Shown here piece by piece: positions 8,530 to 17,589 of a stretch of 64,000 nucleotides of DNA. Positions within the stretch are counted from its first letter, which is position 1, and every line of letters begins with the position of its first letter. The notes under the pieces are model-generated. The model saw only the letters and a list, made by a program, of their open reading frames with translations. It did no database searches and was not told the DNA's origin. The DNA is taken from positions 128,001 through 192,000 of the forward strand of contig CAZALK010000002.1 of NCBI GenBank assembly GCA_964486045.1, read 5' to 3'. Source of the DNA: an uncultured archaeon (GTDB lineage: Archaea; Asgardarchaeota; Lokiarchaeia; Sigyniarchaeales; SOKP01). Both the position numbers and the translations under genes were made by a program.

Positions 8530-9381
8530 ATTGGAGAAATCAAATTAAAGCTAAAATTAGAACCCAAATTTCCTTTAGAAGCTGAAAATATAACTATAGA
8601 TAAGTTTATGGGAAAATCAGAATCAGAGATTAAGAATTTAACTGTTTATCATGGAAATGAAGAAAAGACTATTGGAAATTTCTTTGATGTTTCAGGAAAA
8701 GGAGAAGATTTAAATGATCTAAAGATATCCATTGAAGGCAATCTCTTAAAAGTTAAACGAATTGGAGAAAAAATGACAAATGGCGAAATCCTAATAAATG
8801 GTAATGTGGGAATGCATGTAGGAAATCGCATGACTGGTGGCAAAATATTAGTAAACGGAAATGCAGATGATTGGGCAGGTGCAATGTTAAATGGTGGTGA
8901 ATTAGAGATCACTAGAAATGCTGGGCATTATGTTGGTGCTGCTTATAGAGGTTTTTGGAAAGGAATGCAAAATGGTATAATAAAAGTTCATGGTAAAATA
9001 GGAGATGAAGCTTTGACATGGGTAAATGGTTCAAAACCCGCAAAAAGGTTTCCCACTTTAAAGTGTGGCAGTGCTGGATCATTTCTAGGTATTCATGGTC
9101 ATGGAGGTACTATTATTGTTGAAGGGGATTGTAATCGATGTATTGGGGCTGATCAAGTACGAGGAACAATAGTAGTTAAAGGAAAAGTATCTAAAATTCT
9201 TCCTTCTTATAAAAAAATTGGTGAAGTAAACGAGATTGAGTTAATGAGTGGGGAAAAAATTAAAGGAAAATTCTTCGAATATAGCGGAGATCATTCAGTA
9301 GAAAAAAATCATTCAAAAATTGATAAAAAAACAGGAGAAATATCAAACAGTTCTAATGGAAGATTATTTATTGCCGTTTAA
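8530..9381 (+). CDS. fwdC: Formylmethanofuran dehydrogenase subunit C; probable ATT start upstream of the ORF-track ATG (8608)
   Basis: GxxMxGGxIxVxGNA repeats, GAAYRG.W.GM; upstream in-frame GEIKLKLKLEPKFPLEAENIT matches the FwdC N-terminus; AGGTGA SD at 8517-8522. Confidence 0.9.
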   Translation: MGEIKLKLKLEPKFPLEAENITIDKFMGKSESEIKNLTVYHGNEEKTIGNFFDVSGKGEDLNDLKISIEGNLLKVKRIGEKMTNGEILINGNVGMHVGNRMTGGKILVNGNADDWAGAMLNGGELEITRNAGHYVGAAYRGFWKGMQNGIIKVHGKIGDEALTWVNGSKPAKRFPTLKCGSAGSFLGIHGHGGTIIVEGDCNRCIGADQVRGTIVVKGKVSKILPSYKKIGEVNEIELMSGEKIKGKFFEYSGDHSVEKNHSKIDKKTGEISNSSNGRLFIAV

Positions 9382-9640
9382 ACAAAAATACTTCAATTTT
9401 CTCTTTCCTTTATTAATACAAATAACTTATGTTTTAACTATTAAGAAGTGCCATTATTTTAAAGTTTTAGACATTTTTGTCTTGGATATTTATTCTTGAA
9501 AACAATTACTTTTAAGTTATTTACTACTCTTTCCTCATTGAGTTAAGATATTTTAAAAAAATTCACAACTAAGATTTAACAACTTTTTTAAAAAATTTAA
9601 TATTAAAGCATATTATTAACTATAAAATCGGAGAAAAAAG

Positions 9641-10981
9641 ATGTCAATAAAGGTTGGATTTCTACAATTATCATCTTGTTATGGCTGCCATCAAAGTTTA
9701 TTAAATGCAAATTTAGGGCTTCTTAATATTTTACCAGAATTAGATACTTCCTATTTTGATGAAGAAGCCTTCACAAATATTAAAGATGGTGAAATAATTT
9801 ATGGCTTTATTGAGGGTGTTGCTAGAACCAAACAAGAAACGGCTGATGCTAAACTTTTCAGAAAAAAATGTAAAACAATTATAGCTCTTGGTGCATGTGC
9901 ATGTTATGGAGGTATAAAAGGTTTAGCTAATCTTTATGATATAGAGGAATTAACTGAAAAAATAACCGAAGCTATAGATGTTCCATCTGAATTTGAAGAT
10001 TTTATAACAAACATCAAAGATATAATTGAGGTTGATATGTTTATCCCCGGATGTCCTCCAACAACAAATAATATTTTTGCTGCTCTCATATATTTAATTA
10101 CTGTAGCGAAGGATTTACCATCATCCGTAAATAAGGAGGAAACTGTATGTAATAGTTGCGAACTATTCAAGAATGGATGTTTTATCGATGAAGGTAAATT
10201 ATGTTTTGGTTCCATCACTGCTGCTGGTTGTACTTTAATGTGTCCAAATGATGGAGATATTTGTTTTGGATGTTTCAAAGATACAAATAAACCTGGAGAA
10301 AAAACAAAAATATTGAAAGATTTAATCTATAATCAACTATCGTTAACTCCTCATGATGCGGCAACTTTACAGCATTTTATTGATTTATATCTGGGTTTTT
10401 CAAATATTAATAACTTTTATAATCGCAAAGATTTACTCCAAAAATTAGCTTTTGAACCGGAGGCGTTTAATTTAAGAGTAATTGAAACTGGAGATCAGAA
10501 GATAAAGGTTTTAGATACAGACGCAACAGGTAATGAAGTGTTAGATGAGATTATTGGCGTAATATTATCTCTTTTAAGAGGAGATCCAAACTTTAAATTT
10601 AGTTCTAAATCAGTTTGTAGCCATTGTGCTAGAACCATCGTGGATAAGATCCCAACATCGCTGAAGCGTGATTATGAAGATTTGCCAAAAACAGACACAT
10701 GCTTCTTAGAGCAAGGATATATTTGCATGGGTTTAGTCACAAAAGCGGGTTGTGGTACATTATGTCCAAATAAAGCAAACGCACCATGTCTAGGTTGTTA
10801 TGGACCAACTATTGGAATAAAGGACCAGGGTGCCAAATATATAAGTACTCTTGGATCTCTTACGGTACAAGAAGATCCTGAAGATGTTGTAAATTTTATA
10901 AAAGATCCTGCGGGATTATTTAATCGATTTTCTTTGGCAAGTACAACTTTAGGTCGAAAATTTCATGATCTAAAAGAATAA
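9641..10981 (+). CDS. mvhG: Group 3 [NiFe]-hydrogenase small subunit (MvhG/VhuG-like), extended
   Basis: SSCYGC, EG, LGACACYGG, PGCPP; two copies of the C-terminal Cys module. Confidence 0.8.
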   Translation: MSIKVGFLQLSSCYGCHQSLLNANLGLLNILPELDTSYFDEEAFTNIKDGEIIYGFIEGVARTKQETADAKLFRKKCKTIIALGACACYGGIKGLANLYDIEELTEKITEAIDVPSEFEDFITNIKDIIEVDMFIPGCPPTTNNIFAALIYLITVAKDLPSSVNKEETVCNSCELFKNGCFIDEGKLCFGSITAAGCTLMCPNDGDICFGCFKDTNKPGEKTKILKDLIYNQLSLTPHDAATLQHFIDLYLGFSNINNFYNRKDLLQKLAFEPEAFNLRVIETGDQKIKVLDTDATGNEVLDEIIGVILSLLRGDPNFKFSSKSVCSHCARTIVDKIPTSLKRDYEDLPKTDTCFLEQGYICMGLVTKAGCGTLCPNKANAPCLGCYGPTIGIKDQGAKYISTLGSLTVQEDPEDVVNFIKDPAGLFNRFSLASTTLGRKFHDLKE

Positions 10982-11002
10982 AACCAAATTGAGGAAAGTT
11001 CA

Positions 11003-12217
11003 ATGAAAGAGAATAATAAAATCATTCAACATGGTAATACAAGACTTATAATTGACGGAGATTTAAAAATTCAAGAGGCAAAGGAAGATATTGCTTCGAT
11101 TAAAGTTTTTGAAAAATTTAGCGAAGGTCGTTATTGTGAACATATTCCGAGAATTACAACTAGAATTTGCGGGACATGTTCAGTTCCACATCATTTAACT
11201 GCAACAAAAGCTTTAGAAGATGCTTGGGATGTAATAATCCCTCCGGCAGCATTAAAATTACGTAAGTTATTAATGACGGTGCAACAATATGCATCCCATA
11301 CAATGCAATTTTACTCAACAGCGGCCCCAGATTTCTCGGGTTTAACCTATGGTAATCCTACGATTAAAGCTGGTGTTCAAATTTTAAATAAAATTCCAGA
11401 TATAGGAAATGTTGCGTTAAAAATGGCAGACTTTGGTCAAAATCTTGCAGGTAAAATAGGAGGTAAACCAGTCCATCCTATATCCTCAATTGTTGGTGGG
11501 ATGAAAAAACCATTGACAGAATTTGACAGGAATTTGTTCCTTAAACAGATAGATGATCAAATGGAGCTCGCTCAGCAAACTTTAGAAAAGGGTTTAAAAG
11601 CTATTGAAGATAATTGGAAAATTATTGAAAAAGTAGGAGTACTTCAAACCCATTATCTAGGAATGACCAAAAATGGTGTTCATGATATATATGAAGGAAA
11701 AATCCGCGTTGTATCTCCAGAAGGAGAAAAAACTGATTATAATAATGCAAAGTACAAAGATGTTTTAGAAAAAAATAAGCCAAATGGAGGTTACCGTTCA
11801 AATAGTTTAGCTATGATCAATGTAGTTGATAAGATGGGAACACCATTAGCAGAAGAAGCACTAACTAACTTTAGAGAAAAAACCGGAACAATCTCACACC
11901 ATTTATTTGGCCTACAATGGACACGTCTAATCGAAATACTTTGTGCTATTGAAACAGTTAAATCTTTACTTAAAGATCCAGACATTTGTAATCCGGATTG
12001 TAAAACTTTGGATATTGAACCTAAAGAAGATAGTGGGATTGGTATTACTGAAACTCCCAGAGGGTTACTCTTATACCATATTTGGTCTGATGAGAATGGA
12101 ATATGTAAGAAACTAAATATAATTAATGACTCAATCATAAATTTAGAAGATACTGAAAAATCATTAAAGTTTGTAGTGAATCAATTAGAAAAGGAAAATA
12201 TATTAAAAAAATTATAA
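11003..12217 (+). CDS. [NiFe]-hydrogenase large subunit-like (MvhA/VhuA type) lacking the C-terminal DPCxxC motif
   Basis: RICGTCSVPHH, IGGKPVHP, VGGM, ETPRG; no C-terminal CxxC. Confidence 0.8.
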   Translation: MKENNKIIQHGNTRLIIDGDLKIQEAKEDIASIKVFEKFSEGRYCEHIPRITTRICGTCSVPHHLTATKALEDAWDVIIPPAALKLRKLLMTVQQYASHTMQFYSTAAPDFSGLTYGNPTIKAGVQILNKIPDIGNVALKMADFGQNLAGKIGGKPVHPISSIVGGMKKPLTEFDRNLFLKQIDDQMELAQQTLEKGLKAIEDNWKIIEKVGVLQTHYLGMTKNGVHDIYEGKIRVVSPEGEKTDYNNAKYKDVLEKNKPNGGYRSNSLAMINVVDKMGTPLAEEALTNFREKTGTISHHLFGLQWTRLIEILCAIETVKSLLKDPDICNPDCKTLDIEPKEDSGIGITETPRGLLLYHIWSDENGICKKLNIINDSIINLEDTEKSLKFVVNQLEKENILKKL

Positions 12218-12243
12218 TTATTCTCAAAAAAAGGTAGGATGAT

Positions 12244-12738
12244 ATGATAAGTGATTTTGAATTTAAGAAAAAAATGATGGATATTAATATCAAGGATACT
12301 CTAAAATACTGCTATCAGTGTAATCGTTGTACTGATGAATGTCCAGTATCGAAGATTGAACCACAAAGATATAATCCTAGAAAAAATATATTAGCATCAT
12401 TTTTAGGATTAAAATCTCAGCTATTTGATGTTGAAGATAAGTTTGGGATTTGGGGATGCACTGTATGCGATACATGCGATGAGGTATGTCCGCAGAAGAT
12501 CGAGCTCACTGAAATTTTTTATGTCTTAAAAAATATGAGTATCAAGAAAGGGGAAGGTCCTAGTTATTATACTACACAAGCATCGTCAATATACGACTTT
12601 GGGAAGGCTATTCCTTCACAACCAGCTATTGTAAGAAGAAGAGAGCAATTAGGCTTACCTAAAATTGAACCCACTAATGTAGAAGAGGTTCAAAAAATTT
12701 TAAATGAAACAAAATTAAATAAAATTTTAAATAAATGA
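12244..12738 (+). CDS. hdrC: Heterodisulfide reductase subunit C
   Basis: CYQCNRCTDECP and WGCTVCDTCDEVCPQ; upstream of hdrB. Confidence 0.9.
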   Translation: MISDFEFKKKMMDINIKDTLKYCYQCNRCTDECPVSKIEPQRYNPRKNILASFLGLKSQLFDVEDKFGIWGCTVCDTCDEVCPQKIELTEIFYVLKNMSIKKGEGPSYYTTQASSIYDFGKAIPSQPAIVRRREQLGLPKIEPTNVEEVQKILNETKLNKILNK

Positions 12739-12761
12739 GGATTAAGGAAAGGGTGAATTAA

Positions 12762-13655
12762 ATGGCAAAAGTTGATGAATATAAGATGTTCCAGGGTTGT
12801 GTTATCGGTAACAGAATCCCATTTTTAGAAGCTTCAGCAAGGAAGGTTTTTGACAAACTTGGGATTAAAACTTCTGAGGCTCCTTTTGGTTGTTGCCCAG
12901 ATCCAGTTGGGTTTAATTCAACTGATCATTTAAGCTGGTTGACTATGGCTGCTCGGAACCTTACAATTGCAGAAGAAGAAGATAAAAATATTATTTCTGT
13001 GTGTAATGGGTGTTTTCAGACATTAAAGCTTGCTAATGAAGAATTAAAACACAATGACCACGAGCGAGAAAAAATTAATAAAATTTTAAAGAAAATTAAC
13101 AGAGAATTTAAAGGAAACATAGATGTGAAGCACTTCGTAGAAGTATTGTATGATATTGGGGAAGAAAGGATCAAAGAACACGTAACTACAGATTTATCAA
13201 ATTTAAAAGTCGCGTGTCATACTGGGTGTCACTATTCTCGACCTTCATCCATTATTCAAACTGATGATCCAATGAAACCACTCAAACTGAGATACTTGGT
13301 AAACGCTGCAGGAGCTACATCAGTCGATTACTCAGATGAAATTATTTGTTGTGGTGCTGGAGTTGAGCACGCTGAAGAAGGACCTGCAATGCAAATTTTA
13401 GCAAATAAATTTAAAAGTGCATCCGAAGCTGGAGCTGAAGCGATTATAGTAAACTGTCCTGCTTGTTTCCAACAATTTGATACAAATGTAAGAAAGGTTG
13501 AAAGTTTCAGTGGAAAAAAATATTCAATACCTGTTTTGTATATTACTGAATTGTTAGCTTTAGCATTTGGTTTTAATCCTGTTGACTTAGGTGTGAAATT
13601 CCACCGAGTTAGATTAAAAGGTTTATTAGAAAAATATAAACTTAATCAAGATTAA
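12762..13655 (+). CDS. hdrB: Heterodisulfide reductase subunit B
   Basis: GC..CCP..CNGC and HTGCH..CCG..CPAC.QQFD CCG domains. Confidence 0.93.
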   Translation: MAKVDEYKMFQGCVIGNRIPFLEASARKVFDKLGIKTSEAPFGCCPDPVGFNSTDHLSWLTMAARNLTIAEEEDKNIISVCNGCFQTLKLANEELKHNDHEREKINKILKKINREFKGNIDVKHFVEVLYDIGEERIKEHVTTDLSNLKVACHTGCHYSRPSSIIQTDDPMKPLKLRYLVNAAGATSVDYSDEIICCGAGVEHAEEGPAMQILANKFKSASEAGAEAIIVNCPACFQQFDTNVRKVESFSGKKYSIPVLYITELLALAFGFNPVDLGVKFHRVRLKGLLEKYKLNQD

Positions 13656-13728
13656 GCCAATTAAGTTTATTTTTTTAATATTAACCAATTTAAGTTTTTA
13701 ATAAGGTTAACTCCTGTTATTTTGTTTG

Positions 13729-14415
13729 TTAATCATTAGGGAGATGGACTTTTCGCATCAGTGATAAATTACTTTTTAATGTAAGCTCAGCTCGTTGAAA
13801 AACCGCATTCTTTCCCTCTTCCCAAATGTTTTTTTCAATAAAATCTGGTGCTGATCCTGTTATATTACGAGTTTCTTCCCAATGAGCTACCGATTTATAG
13901 CCAAAGAATAATTTAATTTCATGTAAATGTTCAAAAGAAAGAGAAGAAAAAAGACCAAAGGCACTACAACCCCACGCTTCATAGAGAGGCCAAACTTTTT
14001 TATATGATAAATTAGCATATAATTCAATATCCTTCCTTTGGATAAAAAAAACTCTATTAGAATAAATAGGACGAATATCTTCAATGGGAAAAGGATCTTT
14101 AGGGTATGAGGTTATTGCTTTAAAGAATTTTATTTGTTCATCTTCGATTAGATTATCTTTTTTTCTAATTGTTTGAGTTTGAATTTTGTCATATATATTA
14201 AGATCGGGATATCGAGTAATTTGTAAATAAACATTTGTTGGAATACCAATAAAACCTTGGAGTAAACATATGACTTTAGCACCCGCTTTTTCTAATTCTG
14301 GAAAGTAGTCACTTTTACATGATGAAACATATTCTTTTAATGAATTAAAATCTACTTGAGAAGTTTGATGAATAGTTGTTATTCTTTGTTCAAAAATTGA
14401 ATTATTAATTCCCAT
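13729..14415 (-). CDS. NIPSNAP-like (duplicated dimeric alpha-beta barrel) protein
   Basis: Two repeats of P..E..G..(V/A)...F pattern, Y.S..HWE. Confidence 0.55.
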   Translation of the reverse strand: MGINNSIFEQRITTIHQTSQVDFNSLKEYVSSCKSDYFPELEKAGAKVICLLQGFIGIPTNVYLQITRYPDLNIYDKIQTQTIRKKDNLIEDEQIKFFKAITSYPKDPFPIEDIRPIYSNRVFFIQRKDIELYANLSYKKVWPLYEAWGCSAFGLFSSLSFEHLHEIKLFFGYKSVAHWEETRNITGSAPDFIEKNIWEEGKNAVFQRAELTLKSNLSLMRKVHLPND

Positions 14416-14518
14416 ATTTGTGACACCTTTAGTTTATAGTAATTATAATTAATAATTATTATTTTTAATAAAAGCATAATAATTACTAGATTAAAAATAA
14501 AACTGAGTTTTTTAGATT

Positions 14519-15130
14519 ATGATGAATAAAGCTGGAATAATTCTTTTGATCATTGGGGGAATCTTGATGATTATAAGTTCCGCTGTTGGTAGTATTGGGA
14601 TATATGAATTTCTTTACGATTTAGTTTCTACCGAAATCCCTCCAAATTTAATTCCATTACTTAATCTTTTAATTACTATTTTAAGGTTCATTGCAGATAT
14701 GGGTGGTGGAGCTATAATAGTCGGGGCTTTCATGATAATGGCAAAATTGTTGAGATTTGGAAAATGGCTTATTGGTATTGGATTAACATTTGGCTCACTA
14801 GCATTAATTATATGGTTGGTTTCACAAATCTCAAATATAATTATTACAGATCCACAGATTTTGGGTTATTTGACAAACTTAGAAGGATTTTTTACCTATA
14901 ATACTGGGTTTCAATTTATCGGGGTTGTAATTACAATAATCGGTAGGAATACAATTAAAAAGCCTAAGGAGGCAGAAGAAGAGAAAGTGGAACTTTCCGA
15001 AATTACTGAAAAAAGTGAATCTATTGCCCAAACAACTTCTGAAAACATTCATTGTCCTAATTGTGGTTCCCAATTACTCTTAAATGCCAATTATTGCAAT
15101 GAATGCGGGAGTAGTTTTGATGATAAGTAA
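14519..15130 (+). CDS. Membrane protein with C-terminal double zinc ribbon
   Basis: About 4 hydrophobic segments; CPNCG...CNECG. Confidence 0.75.
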   Translation: MMNKAGIILLIIGGILMIISSAVGSIGIYEFLYDLVSTEIPPNLIPLLNLLITILRFIADMGGGAIIVGAFMIMAKLLRFGKWLIGIGLTFGSLALIIWLVSQISNIIITDPQILGYLTNLEGFFTYNTGFQFIGVVITIIGRNTIKKPKEAEEEKVELSEITEKSESIAQTTSENIHCPNCGSQLLLNANYCNECGSSFDDK

Positions 15131-15223
15131 TGGTCTATTCTTTGCACTGAGCGAATTTATTTAATATTAACTATCATATATTTAATTAATCAATTTTTAG
15201 AAATGTAAGTTTAACTTTAACTA

Positions 15224-16051
15224 TTGGTTAGAATCTTGTTCAAACGAAAGGTAAACATAACTCGAATTAAAAAAAATGGGAAAGAGGATTTTCAAGATAC
15301 AGTACTTATAGAAAGTCCTGTAGATATTTTTATTAATTCTGAACCCATAGCTAATATTATTTGTTTACGTAAGGATCTTAAAGAGTTAGCATTTGGCTTC
15401 TTATTTTCGATTGGTATCATAAATTCTGCTGATGATGTAAAAGAAATAATAATTTCAGAATTAGATAACACTATTTTTATTACATTACAAAATTCAGTTA
15501 ACTTCAATGTTGATGATTTTAATATGAATCCTGTAAGTAGAGTTGTTGACACGACTTGTGGGATAACTTCACCATGGAGAGATGTAATTGAGAAAAGTTT
15601 AGATAATGGAAATACAAAAAAGTTGCTAAAATCTAAAGATTCCATAGTAATTAATTCAAAAACTATTTTTTCTGCTATCAAGAAAATGCAAATCTCAACT
15701 CCACTTTATCGAGAAACGGGGGGTTGTCACGGAGCAGCAATTTTTGATTTGGTTGGAAATTTGTTAAGTGTAAAGGAAGATGTTGGACGACATAATGCTA
15801 TTGATAAAGCAATTGGGGAATTATTGATAAAGAAACATAGTTTTAAAAATGTATTTCTCACCTCCACTGGGAGATTAACTGCGGATTCAGTCTTGAAAGC
15901 GATAAGAGCTAAAATCCCCATACTTGCATCATTTTCTGCAGCTGTAGAATCTGGAATTAGGTTAGCTTTTGCTTATGGTATTACTTTAATAGGATTTGCT
16001 CGAGGAAGTAGAATGAATATTTATACTCATCCAGAAAGAGTAAATGTTTAA
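15224..16051 (+). CDS. fdhD: FdhD sulfurtransferase (Mo/W-cofactor enzyme accessory)
   Basis: TTCG, TGGCHGAA, EDVGRHNAIDK, TGR, LIGFARG. Confidence 0.93.
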   Translation: MVRILFKRKVNITRIKKNGKEDFQDTVLIESPVDIFINSEPIANIICLRKDLKELAFGFLFSIGIINSADDVKEIIISELDNTIFITLQNSVNFNVDDFNMNPVSRVVDTTCGITSPWRDVIEKSLDNGNTKKLLKSKDSIVINSKTIFSAIKKMQISTPLYRETGGCHGAAIFDLVGNLLSVKEDVGRHNAIDKAIGELLIKKHSFKNVFLTSTGRLTADSVLKAIRAKIPILASFSAAVESGIRLAFAYGITLIGFARGSRMNIYTHPERVNV

Positions 16052-16105
16052 AAATAAAATCTTTTTTATAGATAATAATTACAAGTAAAATAAAGGTCAA
16101 TAAAT

Positions 16106-16534
16106 ATGGAACATAAGAAATGGGTAATTCTATGCATAATGGGTGGTATTTTGATGGTGCTTAGCTCCCTTGTTGGAAGAGTTGGGGTTATAGGTACCAT
16201 AATATCTTTACTTTCTGGAGTTGTAACACCTGAGATCCAACAAGTTTTAGTAACTATTTTATCTGTGTTTAGCTATATTGCAGCAGCAGGAGGTTTAGCT
16301 GTAATAATCGGTGCTTTAATTGCAGGTTTTAGCTCGGTTCGACTTGGTAGATTTATAGTAGGTTTAGGGATAGGGACAAGTTTAGTTAGTATAATTATTC
16401 TAGTCATTACTAGTATAATTGGCGGTTCAACAATTATCGACATTCCTATAATATTATTTACAGCTTTTAATAACGCCTATGGGCTTGCAGGTGTAGTATT
16501 TTCAATTATTGGTGGAAGGAAACTAAAAGATTAA
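16106..16534 (+). CDS. Four-TM membrane protein, paralog of 14519..15130
   Basis: Shared GGILM..SS.VG..G, GG.A.I.GA, R.G...+G+G, IIG motifs. Confidence 0.75.
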   Translation: MEHKKWVILCIMGGILMVLSSLVGRVGVIGTIISLLSGVVTPEIQQVLVTILSVFSYIAAAGGLAVIIGALIAGFSSVRLGRFIVGLGIGTSLVSIIILVITSIIGGSTIIDIPIILFTAFNNAYGLAGVVFSIIGGRKLKD

Positions 16535-16679
16535 AGAATAAGTCTATTTTCACTACTATTTATTTCTTTTATTGATAATAATCTTGCTACTTAACATTAG
16601 TAGAGAGAAGATTTTTAAGAAATTTAATATTTTTCAATACAAACTTAAGTTAAAATTTTATAAATAGGGATGATAAAAT

Positions 16680-17564
16680 TTGGCAAAGGCAGATGAATAC
16701 AAACTGTTTCAAGGATGTGTAATTGGAAATAGATTACCATTTATCGAAGCATCCGCAAGAAAAGTGTTTGACAAACTTGGGATTAATACCTCCGATGCAG
16801 CTTTCGCTTGCTGCCCAGACCCAGTGGGATTCAACGGTACTGACCACGAATCATGGCTTGCTATGGGAGCTAGAAACCTAACTCTCGCAGAGGAAGAAAG
16901 CAAAGATGTAATTTCATTGTGTAATGGTTGTTTTCAGACTCTTAAATTAGTAAACCAAGAATTAAAACATAACGATCATGAAAAAGAAAAAGTAAATACT
17001 ATATTAAAATCAGTTGGAAGAGAATTCAAAGGGACTATAGAAGTAAAGCATTTTGTAGAGGTATTGCATGAATATTTAGACAAGATAAAAGAGAATTCAG
17101 TGAAAGACTTATCTAGCCTAAAAGTTGCATGCCATCCAGGATGTCATTATAATCGACCTTCAGAAAAAATACAAACAGAAGACCCAATGAAACCAGTCAA
17201 GTTAAGAGAAATTGTCGCCGCCACAGGAGCAATTCCTGTAGATTATGAAGAGGAGGCACTTTGTTGCGGCACTGGTACTGGAAATACTGAAGAAGAACCT
17301 GCAATGCAAATCCTATCAAATAAAATGACTAGTCTGATCAAGGCAGGTGCTGAAATTGTAATCCTTAATTGCCCTGCTTGTTACCAACAATTTGATAATA
17401 ACCAGAAAAAGGCAGCAAAAATAGATAACAAAACTTTTGGATTACCAGTTTTATACATAACAGAATTATTAGCTCTTGCTTTTGGAGAAAACCCTGATGA
17501 GTTGGGATTAAAATTCCATAGAATAAGAGTAAAAGCATTTCTCGATAAATACGGATTTAAATAA
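16680..17564 (+). CDS. hdrB: Heterodisulfide reductase subunit B, second copy
   Basis: Close paralog of 12762..13655 with all CCG-domain cysteines; TTG start. Confidence 0.93.
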   Translation: MAKADEYKLFQGCVIGNRLPFIEASARKVFDKLGINTSDAAFACCPDPVGFNGTDHESWLAMGARNLTLAEEESKDVISLCNGCFQTLKLVNQELKHNDHEKEKVNTILKSVGREFKGTIEVKHFVEVLHEYLDKIKENSVKDLSSLKVACHPGCHYNRPSEKIQTEDPMKPVKLREIVAATGAIPVDYEEEALCCGTGTGNTEEEPAMQILSNKMTSLIKAGAEIVILNCPACYQQFDNNQKKAAKIDNKTFGLPVLYITELLALAFGENPDELGLKFHRIRVKAFLDKYGFK

Positions 17565-17589
17565 TCCTCTCTTTTTATTTTAGAATCAT

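Noticed and set aside
8524-8532. fwdB TAG in frame with fwdC (pyrrolysine readthrough fusion)
   Set aside because: FwdB ends at its normal position, an SD precedes the ATT, and no pyl genes are in the window; independent initiation is simpler.
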